A stretch of 64,000 nt of DNA, from assembly GCA_026399435.1 (NCBI GenBank), contig JAPLQX010000012.1, forward strand, positions 13,499-77,498. Reading direction: 5' to 3'. Shown in pieces: positions 1 to 10,423 of the stretch (positions are counted from its first letter, which is position 1; the number at the start of each line of letters is the position of its first letter). Origin of the DNA: Rhodocyclales bacterium. GTDB lineage: Bacteria > Pseudomonadota > Gammaproteobacteria > Burkholderiales > Rhodocyclaceae. Below the pieces are notes generated by a model. That model did not search any database and was not told where the DNA came from. It saw nothing but the letters and a program-made list of their open reading frames with translations. The translations under genes and the position numbers were made by a program.

Positions 1-122
1 TGGTGGGGAAAGCAGATGCGCTGGTGACCGGCGACAAGGATCTGCTCTGTCTTGCCGGCAGCTTGGCGTGTCCCATCCTCAAAGCGGATCAGTTCTTGAG
101 TACACTCGATATCGGCCGGTGA
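1..122 (+). CDS. PIN-domain toxin of a putative toxin-antitoxin pair, C-terminal fragment (cut by window edge)
   Basis: Frame from position 3 reads VGKADALVTGDKDLLCLAG...R*, stop TGA at 120-122. ADxLVTGDKDLL is the typical C-terminal motif of these PIN proteins. Confidence 0.75.
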   Translation, partial: VGKADALVTGDKDLLCLAGSLACPILKADQFLSTLDIGR

Positions 123-130
123 TGACATCG

Positions 131-157
131 TCACGGGTTCCACTCCCCAACCCGTGA
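131..157. terminator. Hairpin between the convergent PIN gene and hlyD
   Basis: Perfect 9-bp stem tcacgggtt/aacccgtga with a 9-nt loop; overlaps a CGTC tetranucleotide at 129-132. Confidence 0.45.
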
Positions 158-190
158 GCAACTGACCGCAGCTCTTGGCAACCGCGCTCA

Positions 191-1624
191 TCACCGCTCC
201 CGCAAACTCTCGCTGCCATGCTGCAGCAGCGGACTCAGGAAATACTCGATCACCCTCCGCTTGCCGGTTTTGATTTCCACCGTCACCGCCATGCCGGCGG
301 AAAGATTCACGGTCTTGTCTTCCATCTGCATGGTGGCGCGCTGCAAGCGAGCGCGGGTGGAATAGATCAGGCCGCGCTTCTCGTCGTTGATGGCGTCGTG
401 CGAGACGTGCGTGAGGCTCGCGGGGATGGTGCCGTACTTGGTGAAGGGAAAGGTCTCGATCTTGACTTCGGCCACCTGTCCGGCATTGACGAAGCCGATG
501 TCCTTGTTCTCGAGGAAGGCTTCGACTTCCAGCGCGTCGTCCTTGGGCACGATGACCATCAGCGCCTGCGCCGGCGTGACGACGCCGCCAACGGTGCGCA
601 CGGCCAGTTGCTGCACGGTGCCGTCGACCGGCGCGGTGAGCGTCATCAGCCGGCCGCGGCTTTCGGTTTTGACCAGTTCCTGGCCGTAGCCGGTGGCTTT
701 CTGCTCGGCTTCGTTGAGGGTGTCGAGCGCCAGGCGGCGGGTTTCGGCGACGGCTGAGTTGCGCTGGCCTTTCGCCTCGTCGATGGCGGCGGCGAGTTCC
801 TTGAGGCGGCTGCGCTGGGTTTCGAGGTCGGCTTCCTGCTCGATGCGGGCCTGCTCCTTCTCCAGGTAGCCGTGCTTGGAGATGAAGTTCTTTTCCACCA
901 GGCCCTTGAAGTCTTCGGCGCGCTGGCGGGCGATGGGTGCGGTTTGTTCGAGCTTCTTGACGATCTCCTGGGTGGAGTGACGTTCGGCTTCGCGCTTGGC
1001 GATTTCGGCCTCAATGCGGGAGACCCTCGCCTGGTATTCGCCGTATTGGCCGTCGAGGATGCGTTGCTCCTGCGCGAGGCGCTCGACACCGATGCCGGGG
1101 GGAGGTTCAATGCGCGGCGGCTTTCCGGTGGACAGTGCGGCCAGCAGCCCCCGGGCACGGGCGGCTTGGAGCTTCGCCGTGGTCAGGTCGTTGGCGGTGC
1201 GCGTGCTGTCGGCCCGGGCCATCGTGGCGTCGAGTTCGACCAGCACCTGCCCGGCCTTGACGGCCTGGCCGTCGACCACATGGATGGCCTTGACGGCGGA
1301 GGTCTCCATGGGCTGGATGAGCTTGCTGCCCTCGTTGGGGACGATCTTGCCCTGCGCCGTGGCGACCACGTCGATGCGGCCGAAGATCGACCAGAGCACG
1401 GCCAGCAGCGCAAAGGCCATCAGCAGCCAGGCGACGATGCGCGGCGCTGGGGAGACCGGGGTTTCCTGAAGTTCGAGGGCTGCAGGGAGGAATTGCGCCT
1501 CGTGCGGCAGGCGGTGCGGCGGGTCGAGGTCTTTGCGGATCTTCCAGACGTGGCTGAAGATGGTGGCGTAGCGCCTGAGCAGATCAAGCGTGGCTTGCAG
1601 GCGGATGGTGAGGGTGTGGGTCAT
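191..1624 (-). CDS. hlyD: HlyD-family type I secretion membrane fusion protein
   Basis: 477 aa; FLPAALELQETP, single TM helix, coiled coil, GGVVTPA and YFLSPL motifs; SD gagggg upstream. Confidence 0.95.
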   Translation of the reverse strand: MTHTLTIRLQATLDLLRRYATIFSHVWKIRKDLDPPHRLPHEAQFLPAALELQETPVSPAPRIVAWLLMAFALLAVLWSIFGRIDVVATAQGKIVPNEGSKLIQPMETSAVKAIHVVDGQAVKAGQVLVELDATMARADSTRTANDLTTAKLQAARARGLLAALSTGKPPRIEPPPGIGVERLAQEQRILDGQYGEYQARVSRIEAEIAKREAERHSTQEIVKKLEQTAPIARQRAEDFKGLVEKNFISKHGYLEKEQARIEQEADLETQRSRLKELAAAIDEAKGQRNSAVAETRRLALDTLNEAEQKATGYGQELVKTESRGRLMTLTAPVDGTVQQLAVRTVGGVVTPAQALMVIVPKDDALEVEAFLENKDIGFVNAGQVAEVKIETFPFTKYGTIPASLTHVSHDAINDEKRGLIYSTRARLQRATMQMEDKTVNLSAGMAVTVEIKTGKRRVIEYFLSPLLQHGSESLRER

Positions 1625-1637
1625 GCTTCCCCTCGCC

Positions 1638-1665
1638 CGTCATTCCGGCGCAGGCCGGAATCCAG
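1638..1665 (+). repeat. CGTC-tagged REP-like palindrome, left flank of the GIY-YIG gene
   Basis: cgtc-attccggc-gcag-gccggaat-ccag. Confidence 0.9.
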
Positions 1666-1677
1666 TACGCTACGCTC

Positions 1678-1965
1678 GTGAAGCAGCCATGCGTCTATAT
1701 CCTCGCCAGCCAAAGAAACGGCACGCTCTATGTCGGCGTGACATCCAATCTTGTTCAACGCGTTTGGCAACACAAGAACAATCTCGCGGAGGGCTTTACG
1801 AAGAAATACGGTGTTCATACACTGGTCTGGTTCGAGCCCCACGAGACGATGGAATCGGCCATCAACCGCGAGAAAACCATCAAGGGCTGGCATCGCGCCT
1901 GGAAACTCGCGCTGATTGAAAAGACCAATCCTGCGTGGCGCGACTTGTACGGCGACGTCGCCTGA
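1678..1965 (+). CDS. Stand-alone GIY-YIG endonuclease (95 aa)
   Basis: CVYIL...LYVG, conserved Arg (QRVWQH), Glu (NREK) and Asn (TNP). GTG start, antisense to the hlyB-hlyD operon. Confidence 0.92.
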   Translation: MKQPCVYILASQRNGTLYVGVTSNLVQRVWQHKNNLAEGFTKKYGVHTLVWFEPHETMESAINREKTIKGWHRAWKLALIEKTNPAWRDLYGDVA

Positions 1966-1975
1966 TACGCTGCTT

Positions 1976-2003
1976 CTGGATTCCGGCTTTCGCCGGAATG
2001 ACA
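1976..2003 (-). repeat. CGTC-type REP-like palindrome, right flank, inverted relative to the left copy
   Basis: Reverse complement tgtc-attccggc-gaaa-gccggaat-ccag; 25/28 identical to the left copy. Confidence 0.9.
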
Positions 2004-2057
2004 AGGTGGGTGTGGGATGACGATTACAAATGGATTTTGCGCGGTTCGTCATGTTCC

Positions 2058-4250
<2,193 letters not shown>

Positions 4251-4713
4251 TGTTTGCCACGCGATGCGCCAGACAAGGCGAGCGAGTGCCCCAAGTCAAT
4301 GGTCAGCAGCAATCGGCGCTTGCGTTGCGACAATTCGAGCGTCATTTCCCCCTCCAAGCCCGACAGGCCCTTGCGATCAACAAGGCCGATCCGGCAGCAA
4401 AAATGGCCGCACAATCCGAGCCGGCGCACCGGTTACCCGGGCCATCCGTTCATTGCAGTTGTGCTGCTCCCCGCGTGTTCCGATTGACGGAACGCTGTCG
4501 CAAGTTGCTGCGCTGGTCCGCTCTTTTAATGGGGGAGCGCTGTTAGCGGTACCAGACGCAGCCGATTTGTTTATCGACGGCCGGCGAATGCTAGCATGCT
4601 TTTGCAATGACTTGCAAATGACATAGTTTGATATGACATAATCGAAGATTGAACCAAATTACCTGGCGCCCCTGCCCTCGCGCCCTGAATTCGCGCATCA
4701 AGCCGCAACGCGC

Positions 4714-5265
4714 TTAGGGCGCGGGATCCGAATGAAAACCGAAGCGCCGGGGAACATCGCTACGGCTCACGGCCTGCAGCGGCAAGCCGCGCCAGAAGAC
4801 ACCCGACCCGCCCGCCATGGTGGCAAGCAGAGCGTCCTCGGCCGCGGGGTCTCCGCACTCATTTCGACAGGCCGCAATAAAGGCCGGAAGATCCCTGTCG
4901 TCCAGCAGCCCTATCCCCAGCGCGGTATGCAACAGTGCGTTGCCTTCTTCATCCAGGTAGGCGGCGGCGACGGGACCTGCTGCGACGCCGGTATGAGTTG
5001 TCAGTTCGTCATCGACCCCCAGGCGCAGTACCAGCGGGGTGTAGTCGAGCGCGACGAACACAGCTTGAGGCCCGTTCTGGAAAATCCAGTTGCCCGAAGC
5101 ATCGGCGCCATAGTGGCTGTTGATGAAGCCGATCAGGCCTGCGTGGCTGATGGTCTCGCCCTTCAGCCGCCAACATCCGCGGCGGTCGAGGGAAAGCCAG
5201 CCGTAGCAGGCAGGCACCTTGGGCCAGTTCACTGCGGCCGGGAAATCGGGGGCGGGCATGCTCAT
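4714..5265 (-). CDS. DUF2946-like conserved betaproteobacterial protein
   Basis: WPKVPACYGWLSLDRRGCW and FQNGPQ.VFV.L.YTP motifs; start moved to ATG 5265 after SD GGAG. Confidence 0.75.
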   Translation of the reverse strand: MSMPAPDFPAAVNWPKVPACYGWLSLDRRGCWRLKGETISHAGLIGFINSHYGADASGNWIFQNGPQAVFVALDYTPLVLRLGVDDELTTHTGVAAGPVAAAYLDEEGNALLHTALGIGLLDDRDLPAFIAACRNECGDPAAEDALLATMAGGSGVFWRGLPLQAVSRSDVPRRFGFHSDPAP

Positions 5266-5279
5266 TGGTCTCCACCAAA

Positions 5280-5308
5280 TGAACAAGGGGGCCTAGCCCC
5301 CTTGTTCA
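5280..5308 (-). terminator. Strong hairpin downstream of slyD
   Basis: 13-bp perfect stem tgaacaagggggc/gcccccttgttca with a 3-nt loop. Confidence 0.65.
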
Positions 5309-5326
5309 GATTCACGTCAGCCAGGC

Positions 5327-5809
5327 TTAGTGGTGATGGCCGTGATCGCCATGGACGTGTCCGTGAGTAATCTCTTCGGTCGTCGCGGGGCGCACGCCCG
5401 TCACGGTGCAGGAGAAAACGAGCGCAACGCCGGCCAGCGGATGGTTGCCATCGACGACCACCTTGTCGTCGGCAATATCGGTGATGGTGAACAATGCGTC
5501 GTCATCTTCGCCATCTTCGCTGCCCCGCTCGAACTGCATGCCGACTTCGATGTTGTCGGGAAACAGCTGCCGCGGCTCGATGGCGACGAGTTCGGCGTCA
5601 TATTCGCCAAACGCGTCTTCGGGTTCCAGCCTTACTTCCAATACGTCACCCTCGGTCTTGCCCTGGAGTTCTTCTTCTATGCGATCGAAAATGCCGCCAT
5701 AGCCCCCATGCAGATATACCAGCGGTGCCGCGCCTTCGTCGACGGCTTCGCCGTCGGTGGCCTTGACGCTGTATTTGAGGGTGACGACAGTGTTCCTAGC
5801 GATGAGCAT
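5327..5809 (-). CDS. slyD: FKBP-type peptidyl-prolyl isomerase SlyD
   Basis: YLHGGYG, VDGNHPLAG, His-rich tail HGHVHGDHGHHH. Confidence 0.93.
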   Translation of the reverse strand: MLIARNTVVTLKYSVKATDGEAVDEGAAPLVYLHGGYGGIFDRIEEELQGKTEGDVLEVRLEPEDAFGEYDAELVAIEPRQLFPDNIEVGMQFERGSEDGEDDDALFTITDIADDKVVVDGNHPLAGVALVFSCTVTGVRPATTEEITHGHVHGDHGHHH

Positions 5810-6290
5810 GTTGCTTTCCTTTGCCGTTGAGGCCTTTTACAAGTTGATAGACCTCGGCGGCATGCCCTTTCGGATGCACATCGTAGAGGGCGTGACGAAC
5901 AATGCCTTCCTTGTCGACGACGAATGTCGAACGTATTACACAGAGCTTCTTGTGGCCGTCCCGTTCGCGAAACTGGGATACGCCGAACTTGCGACAGACA
6001 TCACCTTCTTCGTCTGACAACAGCCGCACGGACAGGCCGTGCTTGTCCCGAAAATCCGCATGCGACAGACAATCGTCGCGCGAGACACCGAGAATGACGC
6101 AGTCGAGGCGGGCGAATTCGCCTTCGTGATCCGAGAAATCCGCCGCCTCCAAGGTGCAATAGGGCGTGCCGTCTCGCGGATAGAAAAACAATACTGCGTT
6201 TTGGCGGCCGCGCAGCGAACGAAAATCGAACAACTCCATGTCGGCGTCGGGCAGCGAAAACTCCGGCGCTTTCTCTCCTTGATGCAGCAT
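5796..6290 (-). CDS. bcp: Peroxiredoxin, Bcp/PrxQ type
   Basis: FFYPRDGTPYCTLEA peroxidatic motif, RSTFVVD; SD AAGGAG. Confidence 0.9.
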   Translation of the reverse strand: MLHQGEKAPEFSLPDADMELFDFRSLRGRQNAVLFFYPRDGTPYCTLEAADFSDHEGEFARLDCVILGVSRDDCLSHADFRDKHGLSVRLLSDEEGDVCRKFGVSQFRERDGHKKLCVIRSTFVVDKEGIVRHALYDVHPKGHAAEVYQLVKGLNGKGKQHAHR

Positions 6291-6347
6291 GCGGTTCTCC
6301 TTCTTCGGCGAACTCGGTTCATTCTAACCGAGTCTTCGGGGAAGGAA

Positions 6348-7496
6348 TCAAGTGCTGCCGCCCGCCTCTTCGATGGCCAGTACATCCTCGTGTCGATGCG
6401 GGCTGGCGAGGTATTCGAGGGAGCGCATTTCGATCAGGCGGCTGACCGTGCGCTTGAATTCGCCGGCCTGCACCCCCAGCGTATAGAGCTCTTCCGCGGG
6501 GCACGCGGCACCGATGATGAGTTTGACGCGGTGGTCGTAGAGCACATCGACCAGCCAGGTAAAACGCCGCGCCTCGCTGGCCATGCCGGGTCCCATCTTC
6601 GGCACCCTGGAGAGGAACAGCGTGTGATGTCGGTTGGCCAACCAGAGATAGTCATTTTGCGAGCGCGGGCCGCCGCACAGCGTTGCAAAATCGAACCAGA
6701 TCACGCCCGGCGCGCGGTGCACCACCGGTAGCAGGCGCCCCAGCACTTCGACCGGTTTCGTGTGTCCCGCGCCCCCGGCAATCTTGTGAAAGGTATGTTC
6801 GATGGCGGCGCCGGCGGCCGCATCGTCGGTGTCGAGAAACACCCGGGCCTGCTGCAGGGCCCGCAGGCGATAGTCGATGCCGGCATCGATTTCGATCACG
6901 TCGAGCTTCTGTTGCAACAGGGCGATGGTCGGCAAAAACAGCTCGCGCTGCAGGCCGTTGGGATAGAGGCCATCCGGCGGATAGTTCGAGGTGATGCAGA
7001 ACACCACGCCGGCATCGAACAGCGCCTGCATCAGGCGCCCCAGCATCATGGCGTCGGCAATGTCGGAGACGTGAAATTCGTCGAAACACATCAGGCGCGT
7101 TTCCCTGGCGATACGCGCCGCCACCTTGGCCAGCGGGTCGGATTCGTTGCGATGCGCCTGCAAGGACTCGTGTATCTCGCGCATGAAGGCGTGGAAATGC
7201 ACGCGGCGCTTGCGCTCGTAGGGGACCGCGGCGAAAAAGCAATCCATCAGAAAACTTTTGCCGCGCCCGACTCCGCCCCAGAACCAGACGCCGCGCGGCA
7301 GCTCGGGGTGCACCAGGAGTTTTCTCAGCCTGCCGCGCCGCGCCGCCTTGAGTGCCAGCAGGTCGTCGTAGAACTTCTGCAGACGCCGGGCGGCGATCAG
7401 TTGCGCCGGATCTGCCTCGATGCCGCGTGCGGCCAGCGCGGCATTGAAGCCTTCGATCATGCCGTCTTTGGCGACCTTGAGGATTTTGTGGGGCAT
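6348..7496 (-). CDS. zapE: Cell division ATPase ZapE (AFG1 family)
   Basis: WGGVGRGKSFLMD, CFDEFHVSDIADAM, RTVSRLIEM. Start set at MPHKIL; the ORF-track extension runs through a repeat. Confidence 0.92.
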   Translation of the reverse strand: MPHKILKVAKDGMIEGFNAALAARGIEADPAQLIAARRLQKFYDDLLALKAARRGRLRKLLVHPELPRGVWFWGGVGRGKSFLMDCFFAAVPYERKRRVHFHAFMREIHESLQAHRNESDPLAKVAARIARETRLMCFDEFHVSDIADAMMLGRLMQALFDAGVVFCITSNYPPDGLYPNGLQRELFLPTIALLQQKLDVIEIDAGIDYRLRALQQARVFLDTDDAAAGAAIEHTFHKIAGGAGHTKPVEVLGRLLPVVHRAPGVIWFDFATLCGGPRSQNDYLWLANRHHTLFLSRVPKMGPGMASEARRFTWLVDVLYDHRVKLIIGAACPAEELYTLGVQAGEFKRTVSRLIEMRSLEYLASPHRHEDVLAIEEAGGST

Positions 7497-7511
7497 CGTT
7501 CTATTCCGGTC

Positions 7512-7596
7512 CGTCATTCCGGGGCCGCGTAACGGCACCCGGAATCCAGGGTGACCGCCGAAACACCTCTGGATTCCGGCATCCGCCGGAATGACG
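7512..7596. repeat. Inverted doublet of CGTC-type REP palindromes (REPIN/MITE-like, no ORF)
   Basis: cgtcattccggggccgcgtaacggcacccggaatccag (7512-7549) plus ctggattccggcatccgccggaatgacg (7569-7596); the spacer also pairs (ggtg/cacc). Confidence 0.9.
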
Positions 7597-7614
7597 CGGT
7601 GGATCGGGAAATGC

Positions 7615-9054
7615 TCAGAAGTGTAGCGCGCGCTTATGCACCGCCAGCGAGGCCTCGTGCATCGCTTCCGAAAGCGTCGGATGGGCGTGGCAGATGCGGG
7701 CAATGTCTTCCGATGCGGCATTGAACTCCATCGCCACCACGGCTTCGGCAATCAGCTCGGAGGCATTGTTGCCGATCACATGAACGCCGAGGATGCGGTC
7801 GGTCCTGGCGCAGGCAATCATCTTGACGAAGCCGGTGGTATCGCCCTGCCCCAGTGCGCGGCCGTTGGCGGCAAAGGGAATCTGCCCGACGCGGTACTCG
7901 GCGCCCTCGTTCTTCAACTGCTGCTCGGTCTTGCCGACCCAGGCGATTTCCGGGTGGGTATAAATGACCCAGGGCACGGTGTCCAGATTGACGTGCCCCT
8001 TCTGCCCGGCAATGCATTCCGCCACCATGACGCCTTCTTCCATGCTCTTGTGCGCCAGCATCGGGCCGGGAACGACGTCACCCACCGCCCATACATTGGG
8101 CAGGTTGGTGCGGCAGTTCTTGTCCACGGCGATGTAGCCGCGCGGATTGATCTCGAGGCCGACATTCTCGGCGCCGAGGCCTTCGGTGTGCGGCACGCGG
8201 CCGACCGAAACGATCAGCCGGTCGCATTGCAGGGTCCGCGTTTCGTCGCCGATTTCATATTCGACGCTTACTTGCATATCTCGACCCTTCTTGCCGGTTT
8301 CGACCTTGGTGATCTTGACCCCGAGCTGGATGTCGAGCCCCTGCTTCTGCGTGAAGACCTTCCAGGCTTCCTTGGCCACTGCCTGATCGGCGGCGCCGAG
8401 AAAATCCGGCAGGGCTTCGAGTATCGTTACTTCCGAACCCAGGCGCTTCCATACCGAGCCGAGTTCGAGGCCGATCACGCCGGCGCCGATGACGCCGAGA
8501 CGCTTGGGCGTCGAATCGAAAGCCAGCGCACCGACGTTGTCGCAGATCACCTTGTTGTCCACCGGAATGCCGGGCAGATGCCGCGCCTTGGAGCCGGTGG
8601 CGACGATGACATGGGTCGCTTCGACGATCTCGCCGTTCACATCGACGCGCCAGCGCTCCTCCTCGCGACCGGCGAACTTGCCGTGGCCGGGCAGCAGCGT
8701 GACCTTGTTCTTCTTGAACAGGGCCTTGATGCCACCGGTGAGCTGGTCGACTATGTTGTCCTTGCGCTTGATCATGGTCGCCACATCCATCTTCACGCCG
8801 GAGGTGGCAATCCCGTGCATGACGAACGAGTGGTTGGCCTGCTCGAAAAGTTCCGAGGATTGCAGCAGCGCCTTGGACGGAATGCAGCCGACATTGAGGC
8901 AGGTGCCGCCGAGACGCACGTCGCCTTTCGGATCGGCGTAAGCCTCGGATTCGATGCAGGCCGTGGACAGGCCCAGTTGCGCGGCACGAATCGCCGCGAC
9001 ATAGCCGCCGGGGCCGCCGCCAATCACTACTACGTCGAATTGCTTGTTTGCCAT
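7615..9054 (-). CDS. lpdA: Dihydrolipoyl dehydrogenase (E3)
   Basis: [28 protein letters not shown]. Confidence 0.97.
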   Translation of the reverse strand: MANKQFDVVVIGGGPGGYVAAIRAAQLGLSTACIESEAYADPKGDVRLGGTCLNVGCIPSKALLQSSELFEQANHSFVMHGIATSGVKMDVATMIKRKDNIVDQLTGGIKALFKKNKVTLLPGHGKFAGREEERWRVDVNGEIVEATHVIVATGSKARHLPGIPVDNKVICDNVGALAFDSTPKRLGVIGAGVIGLELGSVWKRLGSEVTILEALPDFLGAADQAVAKEAWKVFTQKQGLDIQLGVKITKVETGKKGRDMQVSVEYEIGDETRTLQCDRLIVSVGRVPHTEGLGAENVGLEINPRGYIAVDKNCRTNLPNVWAVGDVVPGPMLAHKSMEEGVMVAECIAGQKGHVNLDTVPWVIYTHPEIAWVGKTEQQLKNEGAEYRVGQIPFAANGRALGQGDTTGFVKMIACARTDRILGVHVIGNNASELIAEAVVAMEFNAASEDIARICHAHPTLSEAMHEASLAVHKRALHF

Positions 9055-9064
9055 GTCAGCTTCC

Positions 9065-10303
9065 TTACACGTCGAGCAGGAGGCGTGCAGGATCTTCCAG
9101 CGCTTCCTTCATGGTGACCAGGCCCAGCACCGCTTCGCGACCGTCGATGATGCGATGGTCGTAGGAAAGCGCGAGATAGTTGATCGGACGGATCACGATC
9201 TGGCCGTTTTCGACCACGGCCCTGTCCTTCGTCGCGTGGACGCCGAGGATGGCGGACTGCGGCGGGTTGATGATTGGCGTCGACAGCATCGAGCCGAAAA
9301 CGCCGCCATTGGATATCGAGAACGTGCCGCCGCTGAGATCTTCCAGCGAGAGCTTGCCGTCCTTGGCCTTGGCGCCGAACTCGGCAATCTTCTTTTCGAT
9401 CTGGGCCAGGCTCATCTGGTCGGCGTCGCGCAGGATCGGCACCACCAGGCCGCGCGGGCTGCCGACGGCGATGCCGATGTCGAAGTAGCCGTGATAGACG
9501 ATATCGTTGCCGTCGATCGAGGCGTTGATCACCGGATACTTCTTCAGTGCCGCCACCGCAGCCTTGACGAAGAAGGACATGAAGCCGAGCTTGACGCCAT
9601 GCTCCTTCTCAAACTTTTCCTGATACTTCTTGCGCATTTCCATCACGGGCGCCATGTTGACCTCGTTGAAGGTGGTCAGGATGGCGTTGGTGGCTTGCGA
9701 CTGGAGCAGACGCTCGGCAACGCGGGCGCGCAGGCGCGACATCGGTACGCGCTGTTCCGGACGGTCGGCGATGATGGCATCGGCGTTGACGACACTGGGC
9801 TGCGGCAGCGAGGGCTTGGCGGCAAGAGTCGGCGCTGGCGACACGGCGACCGGAGCGGATGAAGCTGCGGCAGCCTTCGCACCGCCGCTGACGTCCTCCT
9901 TGAGAATGCGTCCGCCGCGACCACTGCCCTGCACGTCGGCGGCGGCGATGCCCTTTTCAGACATGATCTTGCGCGCGGATGGCATCGCGGTTGCACCCGC
10001 GGCCTGGGCAGGCGCCGCCGCTGCAACGGGCTTCGCGGCGGCAGGGGCAGCGACCGCAGCCTTGGCTTCGGTATCGAGATGGGCGATGACTTCGCCGGAG
10101 GCCACGGTTTCGCCGTTGCCCTTGATGATCTTGACGATCACGCCGGCATCGGGCGCCGGCAGTTCGAGAACCACCTTGTCGGTTTCGATATCGATCAGGT
10201 TCTGGTCGCGGGCGACGGCATCACCTTCCTTGACATGCCAGGCCGCCAGGGTGGCTTCGGCCACCGATTCGGACAGTTGGGGTACTTTGACTTCGATCAG
10301 CAT
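9065..10303 (-). CDS. sucB: 2-oxoglutarate dehydrogenase E2
   Basis: Lipoyl motif IETDKV, Ala/Pro linker, [11 protein letters not shown]; start at MLIEVKVP. Confidence 0.97.
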   Translation of the reverse strand: MLIEVKVPQLSESVAEATLAAWHVKEGDAVARDQNLIDIETDKVVLELPAPDAGVIVKIIKGNGETVASGEVIAHLDTEAKAAVAAPAAAKPVAAAAPAQAAGATAMPSARKIMSEKGIAAADVQGSGRGGRILKEDVSGGAKAAAASSAPVAVSPAPTLAAKPSLPQPSVVNADAIIADRPEQRVPMSRLRARVAERLLQSQATNAILTTFNEVNMAPVMEMRKKYQEKFEKEHGVKLGFMSFFVKAAVAALKKYPVINASIDGNDIVYHGYFDIGIAVGSPRGLVVPILRDADQMSLAQIEKKIAEFGAKAKDGKLSLEDLSGGTFSISNGGVFGSMLSTPIINPPQSAILGVHATKDRAVVENGQIVIRPINYLALSYDHRIIDGREAVLGLVTMKEALEDPARLLLDV

Positions 10304-10416
10304 GATTTCTCCGCAGGGCCGCCCCAAGGAGAAACGGCCAAAATATGGAGCGGGCGCAGCCCGCGAACAATGGTCATCCCCTTCCTCGGGAAGGGGGTCG
10401 GGGGGAAGGTTTTCAT
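10304..10416. repeat. Intergenic palindromic element, family B copy 1 (sucA-sucB)
   Basis: Shares tccgcagggccgycccaagga, tatggagcg..gcgaac and a cccctt..aagggg hairpin with 17445-17551. Confidence 0.8.
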
Positions 10417-10423
10417 CTCTCCG

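Larger units (their letters stand above)
1638..2003 (+). mobile_element. Putative REP-flanked GIY-YIG cassette (366 bp)
   Basis: Nuclease gene bounded by inverted 28-bp palindromes and lying between the normally adjacent hlyB and hlyD. Confidence 0.6.

Noticed and set aside
1612-2016. gggtgtggg direct repeat as a target-site duplication of the GIY-YIG cassette
   Set aside because: The copies are asymmetric (17 and 4 nt from the palindromes), low complexity, and one lies within hlyD coding sequence.
4251-4713. c-di-GMP riboswitch or ops element upstream of hlyB
   Set aside because: Neither the GEMM core nor GGCGGTAG was found by eye.
7514-7614. Bridge ORF between lpdA and zapE
   Set aside because: A 22-aa ORF (7582-7514) ends in an ATGA overlap with an in-frame zapE ATG, but it starts 32 nt after the lpdA stop, so it is not doubly coupled and was not counted.
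7497-7751. N-terminal extension of ZapE in the ORF track, and similar extensions of sucA, sucB, sdhA, rtcB, envZ and kup
   Set aside because: They run through repeats or upstream genes; family-typical starts lie downstream.
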